Shown piece after piece: positions 39,366 through 51,456 of a stretch of 64,000 nt of DNA; within the stretch, counting starts at the first letter, position 1; the number at the start of each line of letters is the position of its first letter. The position numbers and the translations under genes are program-made. The notes below the pieces were generated by a model. It was not told the DNA's origin and made no database searches. It was given only the letters and a program-made list of their open reading frames with translations. Source of the DNA: Selaginella moellendorffii (Eukaryota; Plantae; Lycopodiophyta); assembly GCF_000143415.4 (NCBI RefSeq), contig NW_003314320.1:1129231-1193230 (forward strand), written 5' to 3'.

Positions 39366-40255
39366 ATGATGGAGGCCGCCTACGATCGGCGGAGGTATGA
39401 CCAGCATCATCCAACGCGGCCGCCGCCCCCCAATCCGTCATCGTCATCGTTCTATCCTCGTCTCCCGCAGCAAGCGCCGGCGCCTCCGACTGTGAATCGC
39501 GCGGCGCTGCCGCCCGTGCCTGGAGCTCCTCCTCAATCATGTAAGTCTACTCGCTCGCAGCTCATTGCTGTTGGATCAACGCTTGTTATGCAGCAGGACT
39601 TGGTATCAAGGTCGCGCTCAAGCCACAGTATCGAATGGCGCCTCCGGTGAGGATAAAAATCTCTCTTTGGAGGGCAATTCATGGGTTTTCTTTCTTTTTC
39701 TTATCAATGGTTTCTTACAGGCGCAATTGTCTCCAGTTATCGGAGAAGTTCCAAGAACATCGATCGCCCAGTTTGATTTCGATTTCGAGCGCAAAGTTAT
39801 AGACGATGCTGAGAGAGGAGTTCGCACTCAAATCCGGCAACATCAGCTGGCAAATGGCGGTGAGACAGCCTCTGCTAGTGTAAGTTCTTCGCTGTTCGTC
39901 GTCTCCAGTGATGGCAATTTCCTTAGCCTTGTGTGATTCTCCTCTTTTGTTCTATCTTCCAGCAAGCGAACGACGATCCTGTTATCAGCAAATACTTGTC
40001 AATGGGATTAAGTAGAGAAGCAGTGTCTTTGGGAGTGGCGGCTTACGGCGATGTGCAGGCTAAGGTACCAAAGTTTCCTCTCTCTTTCGTTTCTCTCTCT
40101 GGCTTGCTGTGCTTACGTTTCTAAGCTTCCAGGTGGTGGAATTTTGCTCTGCGTATAGTCTCCTTAGAGAGATGGGCTTTCCATCCACCGCTGTTGCTGG
40201 AGCCCTTGTTATGCACGACAATGACAAGGAGAAAGCACTCGCACAATTTGTATAG
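39366..40255 (+). CDS. UBAP1-like protein (UMA-like motif + C-terminal UBA-like domains)
   Basis: Pro-rich N-terminus, FDFDFERKV, DPVISKYLSMGL, LREMGFP...VAGAL..HDNDKEKAL. Confidence 0.78.
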
Positions 40256-40666
40256 ATAAGTAGAAGGGTTGTCTCTTTTATCTTCGCAAATGTATGAATT
40301 GGAATTTTTGGATTAGCAACGTAAATACATCAAATTAATAGGAGCCGTTGGATTTGAGCATTCAACCTGCTTGTTTTAGGGTTTAGGGTATAGCGATGCG
40401 GGCGGGCAGCTCAAAGCTTGTAGCGCAGAGGTATGGGAGCGGGAAATAGATTTTCTACGAGGGCTGTCCCCCGGGAAAAAATTCGGCAGCGCGGGCGTTT
40501 CCCAATCGCCCTCCAGAAATAGTGCTAGTTCCTGTGGCATTTGGTAGAGGAAAGCTCCAAGTTTTGCGATCATCTCAAGATCTCCAGTGATCAAGCTAGC
40601 CATCTTGACTGTCAATTGTCCATGCACGAGAAACACACCGACGAGTAGCACGTAGACACAGTTTAA

Positions 40667-41260
40667 GGAGGTGCTGCGGAGAGGAAGCTACTGGAAACGC
40701 CAGAGTTTCTCATCGCCTTTGCGGTGACTGGCACGAAATGGCAGCTCTTTGCGAAGAGAGCTTCGGCTCGGCAACTGGAACCTTACGACTTAAGCGAAGG
40801 CGACCGAGTGGAAGTTGCTCTGTGGTGTTCTTCAAGCTCTACTTTCTAGCAGCTGGTGGTAAGACTTACAGCACTACAGCACTACTTACGGCTCGTTGTT
40901 TTTCATCTTTTTCAGAATGCTGGCGCTGTTTAAGGTGCACGAGCGGCTCTAGTAAACGATTCAGCTGGACGTGTCTCAACTGGACTGGTTCGTGCGGTGG
41001 CTTGGCCGAGCGTCAGCACGGTGCGTAAGAACTTCGCGAGGGACGTGGTTGCTGCTCTCGCCGCTCTGCACGGTGCTGGTCTTGTTCATCGCATCTGGTG
41101 GGCGGATGTTCGGATCTGCAAATTCTCTTTTGGCAAGTGATTTCTCTTTTCCATCAAGGTACGTGGATCCTTTGGTTGCTGGTTACAATGTCGCTTGACG
41201 GACTCGTTGCTTGAAGTTCTGAGCGTCGATTTTGTTTGATTCGGACTTGAGGACAAAGTT
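40667..41260 (+). pseudogene. Degenerate protein-kinase-like gene remnant (possibly Crinkler/CR-kinase type)
   Basis: FLIAFAVTG..WQLFA, PYDL...DR, ARDVVAALAALHGAGLVHR-IWWADV, FCLI.DLE; frameshifts; HRD Asp missing. Confidence 0.5.
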
Positions 41261-44200
41261 CCGAGGACAAACGTGTTGCTTGTACTCCAATCCGGCAGCA
41301 ACTCAACGATGACCAGCAAAGACCAAGGGTACCATGCAAGCCAAGGTTCCCCCTCCTGTTTTTTCTCTCCCGTGCTGTGCTTATGTTTGTAAACTTCCAG
41401 GCCTTGGAACTTTGGTCCGCTTAGAAAGTCTTGCTTAAACAGATCCAGTGACGAGGAGGAGGAAGGCAGAGGTTGAGGTTGTCTTTCTTATCTCCCTTTT
41501 AGTTCCTTCGGCCTTGAACTTAAAACAAGTACGTGCTAGATCTCTCCATTTTGACATGCTCATGTGGTCTCAGGTCCATCATGATGTGTGTGCTAAAGGC
41601 ATAATAAGCTGGTGCTGGCCTCCAGAAGCTGGAGAGATATGATTGACGCGGGTATCGCCCTCGTTTCACATAAAAGAAGGCTGCCAGTATGCAGTGACGT
41701 CCCCGGCCCTGGCGTTGCATGGCCAGGTTGCTTTGCACGTCTCGTCTGTACTCCACACAAGGTACTATCCACTTATATAAGCAAGATGTGATCCTTGGCT
41801 TTTCATTCTCAAACTTTTAAGCCTTGTATGCAGGCTGCGATTAGGAAATCCTAAGAGCTCTGAGGAAAATCCGTCTTGGCAGCACTGCAACTTTGGGGAT
41901 TCTGAAACAGAGCTAAAGCCGAGCCGCCGACAGTACCCGCATTTATTCCCGCCAGGGCAGCAGCAGCAGCACCGATAAGAAGAAAGGAACATTAGAAAAA
42001 TGGCCATTACTTACAGCAGCAGCTGCTACAGCATTCCTTGAAGTGTGAGAAGAAGGGAAGATCATAAAAAACATTAGAAATCAGGCCTACTAGTAGCGCA
42101 GCTGAACGGGCTCACAGATGTGAGAGCGGAGGAAAGACGCAGTTTGGAAAGGAACAGGTGCCTCTACATTTGGAGCTTGGCCAGCAAAGGAAAGAAAAAA
42201 AAGCAGACAGCGATGGTGGCGATGGTGGATTACGGAGAAGGTTTGCTCTTCCAGGTACTTTATACTTACTAGAGCTATGCTGAGACTTTCAAAGGCTATA
42301 CTACCTAACTGTGCTCTCCAGGTGTGGTTTTCTTTGCGGCAGTCAAAGAGAATTTTTCTCGGTCGCGACTCGGGCGCTCCTGCTAGTAGATCCTAGAAAT
42401 GCTCCGCCATTATGACAATGGTTTTCGGAGGCGTGGTACTCTACCACCACTACCAAGTAAGTCAGTCTATAAGATTGTTGTAGCTACCTGGGAATAGCTA
42501 ACTCCAATCAATCAGGTGGTGTGAATTCGATGGAGCAAGCAAGCAGCCTCTGGAAAAGATAAGAAAGCAGGAGGAAAAAAAAAGAATTTTTGAAGAATTC
42601 ATTGGCAGTCAGGGGTGGTACTGGTACGATTCGACCGAGATCCTCGTCTAGTCCTCGGCGACGCACGACCACGCAGCCACTTAGTCATTGGGGGGCACCT
42701 TTTCCCAAGCCCGGCCAAATTGCAAGTACCTGGTTGTCCAACAGGGGAGAAAGGAACAGTGTTGGAGCTGTGGCTGGAAGAGCTCACGGGTGGTCTTTAA
42801 GCGAGAGAAGATCGCCGGAAGAAGAAGCAAAGAAGGGAAGAAGCGAAAAGAAAAGCCAAGAACAAAAGAAAGAAAATGGACGACGAACAGGACCATATCA
42901 GTCTCTGTGAGAAGATTTAAAGCTCTCGGGGCAGCGGACAGAGTTCCGTTATTGGATTCGGTGCTCGCTCTGGATCAAAGCTACAATTTTTAGACAAGAA
43001 AACAGAGTGGTGGTGAAGACAAGTTACGCTGGTTTTGGAGAAACGTCTCGAGTTTTTCTTTCTTGTTGTTTTTGTCCTTGTGTTTTTGGCTGATTGTTTC
43101 GTGCCTTCCAGGGATCCTGGCCGAAGAGATTAACAATAACGAGGAGAATCATTTCATAGTATGTTCTAAAGCTTTGAATATCTTTGGCCGGGAGATCGAG
43201 GAGAGCAAGAACAAGCGACAAAACGAAGGGAAAGGGTCTGCCTTGGAATGCATGAAACTCTCGTGAACAAGTTTGACATTCGCTCCACAGCGCACAGCTC
43301 ACTCCCACCAACGAGTGGATGAATGAATGAATGAATGGATGGATGGATGGTTTGTCCATTCTCTATGATCAAAGTGTTGGTAGTACTCCTCCCGGGATTT
43401 CCACCACAGTGTGTGTTTTTTTAGTTCTTCCAAATCCCATCCTTCCACTTCACGATAGCTCGCTACTTACGTGGTTTGACCGATTTGGGTTTGTTCCTTG
43501 GGGTTAAGTTATCCAGATTGACGTGAACTTCAACATATCCTCGCCCTCGAACAACGATAAACAAGATTAAATTGTCTTGTGCTTGGATGGTTTGAATGAA
43601 ACGCAAGGAAGAAAACTTAGAACAGAACAAGATCCACGCAGTAAAAAAGTCTCAAAGCAACTAAGACTGACTTTGGAAGTCTAGGAGGTCGTGCCAAAAC
43701 CATTTGACAAAAGCTTCGTATAGGTGGTGGTGTTTGTGTCTTTGTTTTGGACGTGATCCATCAATCGCTCGTCCCCCATGCCACGACGAGCCATTGCCAT
43801 CTTTGCGAGCTGGACGGGCGATAAATCGGTATATAGCTACATTCTATACGTTTAGATGATCTGGACGCATCGATTGGAGAGAAGCAAAAGTTTGTTTTTT
43901 ACGTAGTCAATACGTTCAAGCCTTCAAAGCCATGGGATCTTATACATACATACATGGGGAGGGAGAGAGAGAGAGAGAATTTGGTGATGGTTTTGTTTGT
44001 TTGCGTTTGTGGTCCGAGAGAGAGGGAGTTCTTGGTTGTTTTTGCGAATTTGATGATGGTTTAAAGCTTGTTTTTTCTGCGTTTGTGGTCCGAGAGTTTG
44101 ATCTGTCAGCAGTGCTGTGGCTTGCTATCAGCTGGGAATCTGATCCACACACGACGAAAGAGCTTTGCGCTCTTCCAGTGTCCAGTGTTTCTCGTCCCTT

Positions 44201-44995
44201 TCACAATACGATAAAGTAAAGAGCTAGCTAAGCTACACGGTCTTGAGAGATGTTCTCCCGTACACAAATGGCCTGGCTGACACAACCACGGTGACAATCA
44301 CACAAGCATTTTAAAAAGGATAGAAAAAAGCAGAAATATTTCGGCAAGAAAGAAAGGGAACGAAAGAGAAAAGATCATTCTCTTCCCAAGGAAGTTCGTG
44401 AAAACTGCCTCGATCGCTTTTGTGCAGCGAGTGTAGCTCTACAAATGTGGTGCTAGCTGTGAATGCCAGAGATCCACGCTCCTTTCATCTCTATAGTTGT
44501 TGATAAATATGTTTCGCTTGATCGCGAGATTTGTGGTGATTCATGGGTTCCACTTTGAAACAACACGACACACAGCTGTGGAGACGACTAGTACGAAGCG
44601 ATTGACCAAAGCCCACCAAACTGAAAAGTTTTGGAGACAAGGACCAGAGCGTCACCACAAATCTAGAAGCTGTGAGAGAGGGATTCACCCAAGGGTCACA
44701 ATTCACAAGTTAGAAGGAAAGAATCTATCAAAAAGAAGAGAGGGATGGAATGCTAGATGGCAAGTTTGCAAACGTTTAATGTGGGTTTTTTTTGGGGTGC
44801 TGGTGGAGGGCCGCTGCCAGTGCATTAATGGGAAGAGAAGACATGTCTTTGTCCTGCCTTCTTAACAAGACAAGGTCCTTGTCTTGAAATTTTGCTATGG
44901 TTGAAAGAATATTGTACTGCATGGCATATCTATCTTTCCAAATGCCATATACTTGGCCGCTTGTTTATGTGATTGACCAATCAAATCAGTTTAAA

Positions 44996-45000
<5 letters not shown>

Positions 45001-45032
<32 letters not shown>
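45001..45032. repeat. (CT)n microsatellite
   Basis: About 15 CT units. Confidence 0.9.
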
Positions 45033-45033
<1 letters not shown>

Positions 45034-48000
45034 TTTCTCTGTGAAAAAATTAATAAGAAAAAACTAATTTCTGGCTTTGTTTTCTTCTCAAGGAACACAC
45101 CACAATGTTGGCTTTTGCAACGTACAGAGTACACAAATACTCACTGTCCTCCAAGCAGAGATACCATCTCAATGTGTTGGTTCTTTGAATCTGTGGAAAA
45201 ACATGCTTGTAGGGGAGATTGATGGACTGGAATAGATGGAATCACTCTCCACTTGTAGAGTGGCAGTGGTGAGGCTGCAATCCACAAAAAAGCAAGGAAA
45301 AAACAGTGGGCCTCAAAAACCAAATGTGAGTTTCTTGCCTGTGGTCCAAAGTTTCTAGCTCACTCACAATCTTCGTCCTGAAAAAATTCTTCCTGGCTTT
45401 GGAGCTCTCCAAGCTAGCAGCATTTAATGAGGGATGAGAATATCATAAACCTTGCATTTGAACACACTGAATGAGAGAAAAGTAGTGTGGACCAAACAAA
45501 GTAGTGCACAGCAGCATGTAGCTTGCAGCAGGAGGCAAGCAAGCAATCACACTGCATTGATGAAAACTGTGCAAAGTTACTTACTATAAATCTCGCTGCT
45601 TCGTCGCCATCTCGCGAATTAGTAAGCCGATAGCCAACAGGTAGAGCGAGCGAGCGCTCGCTTTCACCGGTTCCACGTCCAAAAGCCCCTGTCCAAAGCC
45701 CAAGTAAGTAAGCAGATAGAAAGAAACCAAAGAGAGTAGCGGGCGAGTAACGAAGTTATGACTAAGTGGCGACTGTCTCTGTGTGCGTCCCGTCCTTGTT
45801 GTGTGGTAGACACAACAACATCAACACGGAGAGAACGGACGGAGGGATCCAGGCCCCCCGACGGACGGACTGGATCTCGTGGAGATCTTAATGGCGTTTC
45901 TAGAGAGACCCTGCCATTAATGAGCCCAGCCCAGCCTCTCTCCTGCTCAGGTGCCCCTCGGTCTATTCCTCTTAAAATCTAGACTAGTCTCATCATCTTC
46001 TAACAATTACTACCCCCTGTTGTTGGACGGATACGACTACTACCACTCTTATACTACAACTGAGAATACAAACATGTATACGCACCTTTCAAGCGCAGTC
46101 CAGAAGTTAACCAGCTCCTCAGAGAGATTATAAGTATCTTTGGTGTATCACATTGGATACAAGTCTCCATCCTTCATGTAAATGCCGGGGGATGTCCAGA
46201 GAGAAGCGTCGTCAAGCTTGGCTGGCTTGGAGCTTTGATAGCTTTTCCCTCTTCTAGCGCTGGTGGTGAATTTTGCCTCCCTGCATTGCAACCAGGAATA
46301 AAGTAATCGTTTTCTATAAGCACACCGCATTACCCGAGGAACAATGGTGACATTCTTCTTCCTTCCTGCTTCCTTTGTTCCTTTCTCCGGACCCGACTTT
46401 TATAAGCCCTCCTAAAGAGCGATGGATGTAATTTATGTAAACTTAGTGACAAAAATTGACACCAAGCGATAAAACTTAACCTTGATGACTCAATCAACTT
46501 CTAGTAGAGCCAGACGGACGAGCGAGCAAATTGATTGATTGATCACGTACCAGCTATCCTCGTGTTTTTAAGTCCTGTAGAGACCACATACACAAGCAAG
46601 TGGCGAGTGAGAAAGTGAGAGCGTGTAAAAAAAATAAAAAATAAAAAAAACTTGTTAGCGATCGAGAAGCAAAGCACAGCCTTTTGTTTACCTTAACTGC
46701 AGCTTTTGGGTCGAGTGATTGACGATGCCTTTCTTCCGCCTGGCACAGATCTGTTCCTCGTCTTCTCTGTCTGATACTACTACTACTACCGCTCTGGTGG
46801 GTGGCTCCTCCCTTTCAGTGTCTCTGCTTACTGTATAATATCATGCTGTGCCGCCTGCTGACTTGCGCTTCTGCATTTGTCTCGGCGCTCAATTGTTTTT
46901 GCTGCCTCCTGAGTCCTGCTCATCGTTTTTTTTTTCTCCCCTGCTATACGGCTCTTCCACCGCTGCTGGCAAAACTCTCTAGAGAGAGGCTTTAAACTCC
47001 CTCTATAACAACACCGCTCGGTGTGTGCTGCCTCTTCGAGATCGCGTCTTTAGCCCGATGCTGCTGATGCCACCTGAATATTTATATATATGATAAGAGA
47101 TTCCCTTCCGCCTCTAAAGTCCATCCTTCTTATCATCATTCCGCTCCAAAGCCTGGATACTATTTTCCTGCTAAGCAGTAGTAGTAGTGGTTGTGTGTCG
47201 GTCTGACCCTCCCGGTTCCGGAGATATAAGAATCCAGCCAAAGGTCATCTTAATCCCTGCTGCTGGTTGCTTCCCTCCGGCTCTCCCATATTCCTCCCAT
47301 CATCGTCACGGAGTGGCTTCTCCTCCTCTTTCCTCCCTTTAAAATCTATGCTTGGCAGTAGTGCTTCGCTCTCATGCCAGACGTGCCCTCTCCCTTTCGA
47401 TGCATTCTTCGCCTCTATTGCAGCCTTTCTTGTCCGCAAGTGATTCTTTGCTGCTGTTTGCTCTTTGCCGTTTCTGCTGCTGCTGCTGCTGCCGCTGTTA
47501 CTGCCAACGAATTACTACATACTCCTCCGCTTACTCGATCAGCATCTCCCCTTCTCGATTGGTTGTTCTTGACATCGTGCTAAATTGTTAGGTGAGCCGC
47601 AGCAGGCATCTTCTTGTACTTCCGCTTGCCTTGCCAAGGTCGCTGCCAAAGCATTCAAGAGTTTCTCATGCTCTTTCTCCTCTTCGCGTCGTATACACCT
47701 GCAAGCGGAGACCACCATGATCACGATGAGTGCTCGTCGAAATCCAGAATTATTCAAAGTGAGCTGTGATATGGGGTAGCACAGTACCGGTTGCAGTAGT
47801 TAGCAGAAGCTGTCAAAAATTCTCTGAAATTGCGTCCCAGTATATCTTCCATTGCAGCAACCACGAACAGCATTTTCCCAAAGGGAGTATGAGCAGCGGC
47901 GACGCCTCTTACTAAGGTTGGATCCCACTGCTGTCTGTGATTGCGATACTAATCCTTCAGCAGGAAGAAAAACGTGAGAACAGCCTTTATCATAATTCTC

Positions 48001-48156
48001 AAGACTCTTACGCTGCTTCAAGCACGATGCCAGGCCTGGGTTATCGGCTCTTCGGAGTAGTCAACGGCATGTTCTCGGAGCAGCAGCTGTTTCGGGAGTC
48101 TCTGAGCTATGACAGAGGCTTTTGTTGATGGAAAAGCTGAGTAAGAGAGGCCGAGC

Positions 48157-50019
48157 ATGAACAGAAGAAAGCAGGACCACTCTGTTCCAGATTTGTCACT
48201 CCAGATCAGCCCCCCGTCGACAGGCAAGAGCACTCCCATGGCGACTTATCAAAAGAACTACCAGGAATTCGATCTCTGGAGTCGGGCTCAGCACAACTCA
48301 AGCAGCTCAGTCAGTGACAACTCCTCCAATTCCACTTGTGGGAGTGAGAGGTGGTGCAGGGAAGCAGCCGCTGCACCTCCATCCACGGAGCTCTCGCTAG
48401 GAGCAAACCCCTTGTTTCGAGCGACTCCTCCCTCTCCTTCTTTCAAGAGCAGCATAAGATCAAGCTCGGAATCATATGCAGCAGCTTTGGAGGCGTCTAG
48501 ACCAGGATTCGCTGTATACAGCAGCAGCTCGTCACACATTCCAGCAGCGCAATCATTTCAGAACTTAAGAATTGCAAATGAGGATGCTCACTGCAGATCC
48601 GCGGATGCGTCCACCAGGAACAGCTTCCATGCTTTCTACTCACACGCATTCGGGTATGGTGATCAATCGGGGGGAGCAGGCCAAGCAGGACATGGGCTTG
48701 TTGCAACTTACAGCAACGCCGCTGGCGGTCTACAGCAGCAGCAGCAGCAGCAGCAGCAACATCAGGCATACAGCTCGTTCCACAGACTTCACAATCGAGA
48801 AGGACTTCCCAACATCTTGTCAGCAGTAAACAGCACGTCATACGACTCAAGGGACTACCATCAGCGAAGATATACACCAAGCCTTCAGGAAATCTTGCAA
48901 GGGAGGAGCCCGCAAGGCCAAGGTCGGTACATGGAACTAGCTGAGAATGCAGGCATCACATTGTCGACCCTAACAAGGAGCATTGCACAGCAACACGAAG
49001 CTCACACAGGTAGCAGCAATCTCAGGTCGCAGTTTATGCCTCGCTTACCCACCAAGAGAAGCATGCGTGCTCGGAGAATGCGATGGACAAGTACACTCCA
49101 CGCTCACTTTGTACATGCAGTGGAGCTCCTCGGAGGACACGAAAGTAAGCCTCGCTCGAAACTGATCTCTCTTGCATTGTTCCGCAGCTGCTAGAGCATC
49201 TGTCAGGCATGAGACGTATCAGCACAATTTTTCTGCAATCATTATGCATCAGAGAGCATGCAAAAGAAAGGAAAAAAAAAGAAAGTTTCTCACGAGATCA
49301 TGAACTGGTTTCTCATTTTCTCCATCATATGCATGATCTTTGTCTCACAGTTTTCGATTTGATGATCAGGGGCAACACCAAAGTCTGTGCTGGAGCTTAT
49401 GAACGTCAAGGATCTCACTTTAGCCCATGTCAAGAGCCATCTCCAGGTACGAAGGGAAAAACTCTCTCTTCCAGAGAACTAAGTTACTCCACTGGAACAT
49501 TGTTTCCATTTTCTAGATGTACAGGACGATCAAAACAACGGACAAAGCAAGCAGCAGCTCAGGTACTTCAAACTTTTTCTAAAGACCAAAAAGATCCTCA
49601 CGTAACCAAACACGCAGGCGCTACGAATGACGCGACCTCAGGAAGCCTGGAATCGTTGAACGCAAGAAAATCCAGCGAGCAAGTAGCGTGGCATGATCCA
49701 GAAAGGTAGAAAAGGACCTACATTCCTCCTGAAAATCCTTGGAAATTTTCATGATCCAGGTCGAAAACACGAATGGAAGAGGGGCGATCATCGGGCTGGG
49801 AGGCTTGCGATCACGAGGTAGCCGTAATCTAGGTTTTTGAGACCGATATTTCATCGATCGATGCAGGAACACGAGGAGGAGGACGAAGACTTACCAGGGA
49901 AGAAGAAGCAATCGAAGCCGCCATGCCCGGAGCTCAGCCTGGGACGATCGAGCTGGGACGATCCACCGCCATCGCCGCCATCCTCCGAGGGCGAGGAGCT
50001 TATGTTACTAAAATGCTAA
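48157..50019 (+). CDS. KAN: KANADI-type GARP/G2-like transcription factor
   Basis: PDLSLQISPP; KRSMRA.RMRWTSTLHAHFVHAVELLGGHE/RATPKSVLELMNVKDLTLAHVKSHLQ/MYRT; C-terminal ELSLGR; poly-Q (CAG) tract. Confidence 0.92.
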
Positions 50020-50358
50020 TCCTAAAGGAGGGCCGTTAAAGTTTTGCAAGGCGGTTAAAAACTTCGCTTGTATGTTTCTTCCAATTTTGAAAGAGCCGGA
50101 AGAAACAAACAAGATGGAAGCTCACACTCAAGAAAAAAAGTTATGAAGTAAAAAAGTTCTTCGAGAGGAAAAAAAAAAACGCTCACTTATTCACACAAAG
50201 CTCTCCTTATTCTCGCGTTCCTTCTCTCTCTCTCTCTCTCTTTTGGTTTCCTAGACTCGAATCCAGGCGATTCAAGGACGATCTGATCGACGAAGTTCAC
50301 TCCTGGACGAGCAGCACGCATGAGAATTAGATATAGTAGAAGCCCACCTCGATCAGTC

Positions 50359-51357
50359 TTAGAACATGATATCTTCGTCGCGATCGGTCTCGGACAGCAG
50401 CATGTTTGAGTTGGATTTGTAGCCCGAGTTCCCAAAGTCTTGGAAATCGTCGCTCTGATCGTTACTATGAGACGCAAACGATGATCCAGTCGTGGTGGAA
50501 GCAGCAGCCTGGTGACCACCACCGCCACCGCCACTCTCACTCCTGTAAGAAGAGTCGGTCTCGTCGCTCCGATAGCTCGGGCTCGGGCTGCTCGGACGGG
50601 GTGGCGGACTCGGACTCCGGCTACTCGAGAAGAACCCGCCACCTTTCTTCGCGGGCGGAGGAGCCGGCTTCTTTGGAGCTTTCCCGACCGCCTCGAGTCT
50701 CTTCCTCTCGACTTCCTTCTTCTTGAATCCCTGGATCTTCTTCAGCCGGAAAAACTCCTCTCTCTCGAGCTCGTCCAGCTCGCCTTTGATGTAGAGGATG
50801 GTGTTTTCGATCCTCGGCTTGACGACGTTCTCCAGCGCGTTCACTCTCCGGTTGGTCGTCTTGATCGCCTCGTCCAGCGTGAGAAAGGAGGTCTGGAGAG
50901 ACGCCAGCTCCACCAGAAGCTCCACTGCCTTGATGAAGGAGGACTTACAGAGCTGGACCTGGCGGCCCCCTCGAGCGAGGCCCGTGAGATCGTTCTTGGT
51001 CTCCACCGCCTCGACGTAGTGCTCGAATTTCGGGATCTTGACGCCCGCCACATTCTCCTGCTTGGCCCTCACCTTGATCGTCGCGGCGTCCACATTCTCG
51101 AGGACGACGTGCTTGATGCTGTCCCCAGCCGTGTATTTCACCTCCGTCAGCGCGAAGGAGGCGGATTTCATGGTGTCGCCCATCGCCTCCTTGGTCTGGA
51201 CGATGCGCTTGAGGATCTGCCGGAACTGCATCGTCAGGGCATCGCTCTTCTTCTTGAGCAGCTGGTGCCCCTTTGTGGCGCCGATCAGCCGCGCCTTGAT
51301 CGCGCCCAGGACCGTCACGGTCGGCACCACATTGAGGCGCTGCTGCTGTCCCGCCAT
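50359..51357 (-). CDS. VHA-D: V-type H+-ATPase subunit D, intronless, with extended C-terminus
   Basis: GH.LLKKKSDAL, LVELASLQTSF.TLDEAIKTTNRRVNALE, ELDELEREEFFRLKK, terminal DEDIMF. Confidence 0.96.
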   Translation of the reverse strand: MAGQQQRLNVVPTVTVLGAIKARLIGATKGHQLLKKKSDALTMQFRQILKRIVQTKEAMGDTMKSASFALTEVKYTAGDSIKHVVLENVDAATIKVRAKQENVAGVKIPKFEHYVEAVETKNDLTGLARGGRQVQLCKSSFIKAVELLVELASLQTSFLTLDEAIKTTNRRVNALENVVKPRIENTILYIKGELDELEREEFFRLKKIQGFKKKEVERKRLEAVGKAPKKPAPPPAKKGGGFFSSSRSPSPPPRPSSPSPSYRSDETDSSYRSESGGGGGGHQAAASTTTGSSFASHSNDQSDDFQDFGNSGYKSNSNMLLSETDRDEDIMF

Positions 51358-51456
51358 CGATGGATCTTCTCTTCTTACTCACCAGCCCTAGAGTAAAAAG
51401 CCCTTCTTCCTCCTCGCCAAGAACCCTAATTTCGGCTCTCCTCCAGTGGGGATATT

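Noticed and set aside
40300-48100. Conserved miRNA/TAS3 locus or telomerase RNA
   Set aside because: By eye I found no miR166, miR390 or tasiARF-like sequence, long hairpin, or USE+TATA Pol III promoter. A computational scan could still find one.
50512-51396. Long antisense ORFs (also 22814-23539, 35163-35951, 58681-59262)
   Set aside because: Shadow ORFs opposite GC-rich real genes, explained by codon bias.
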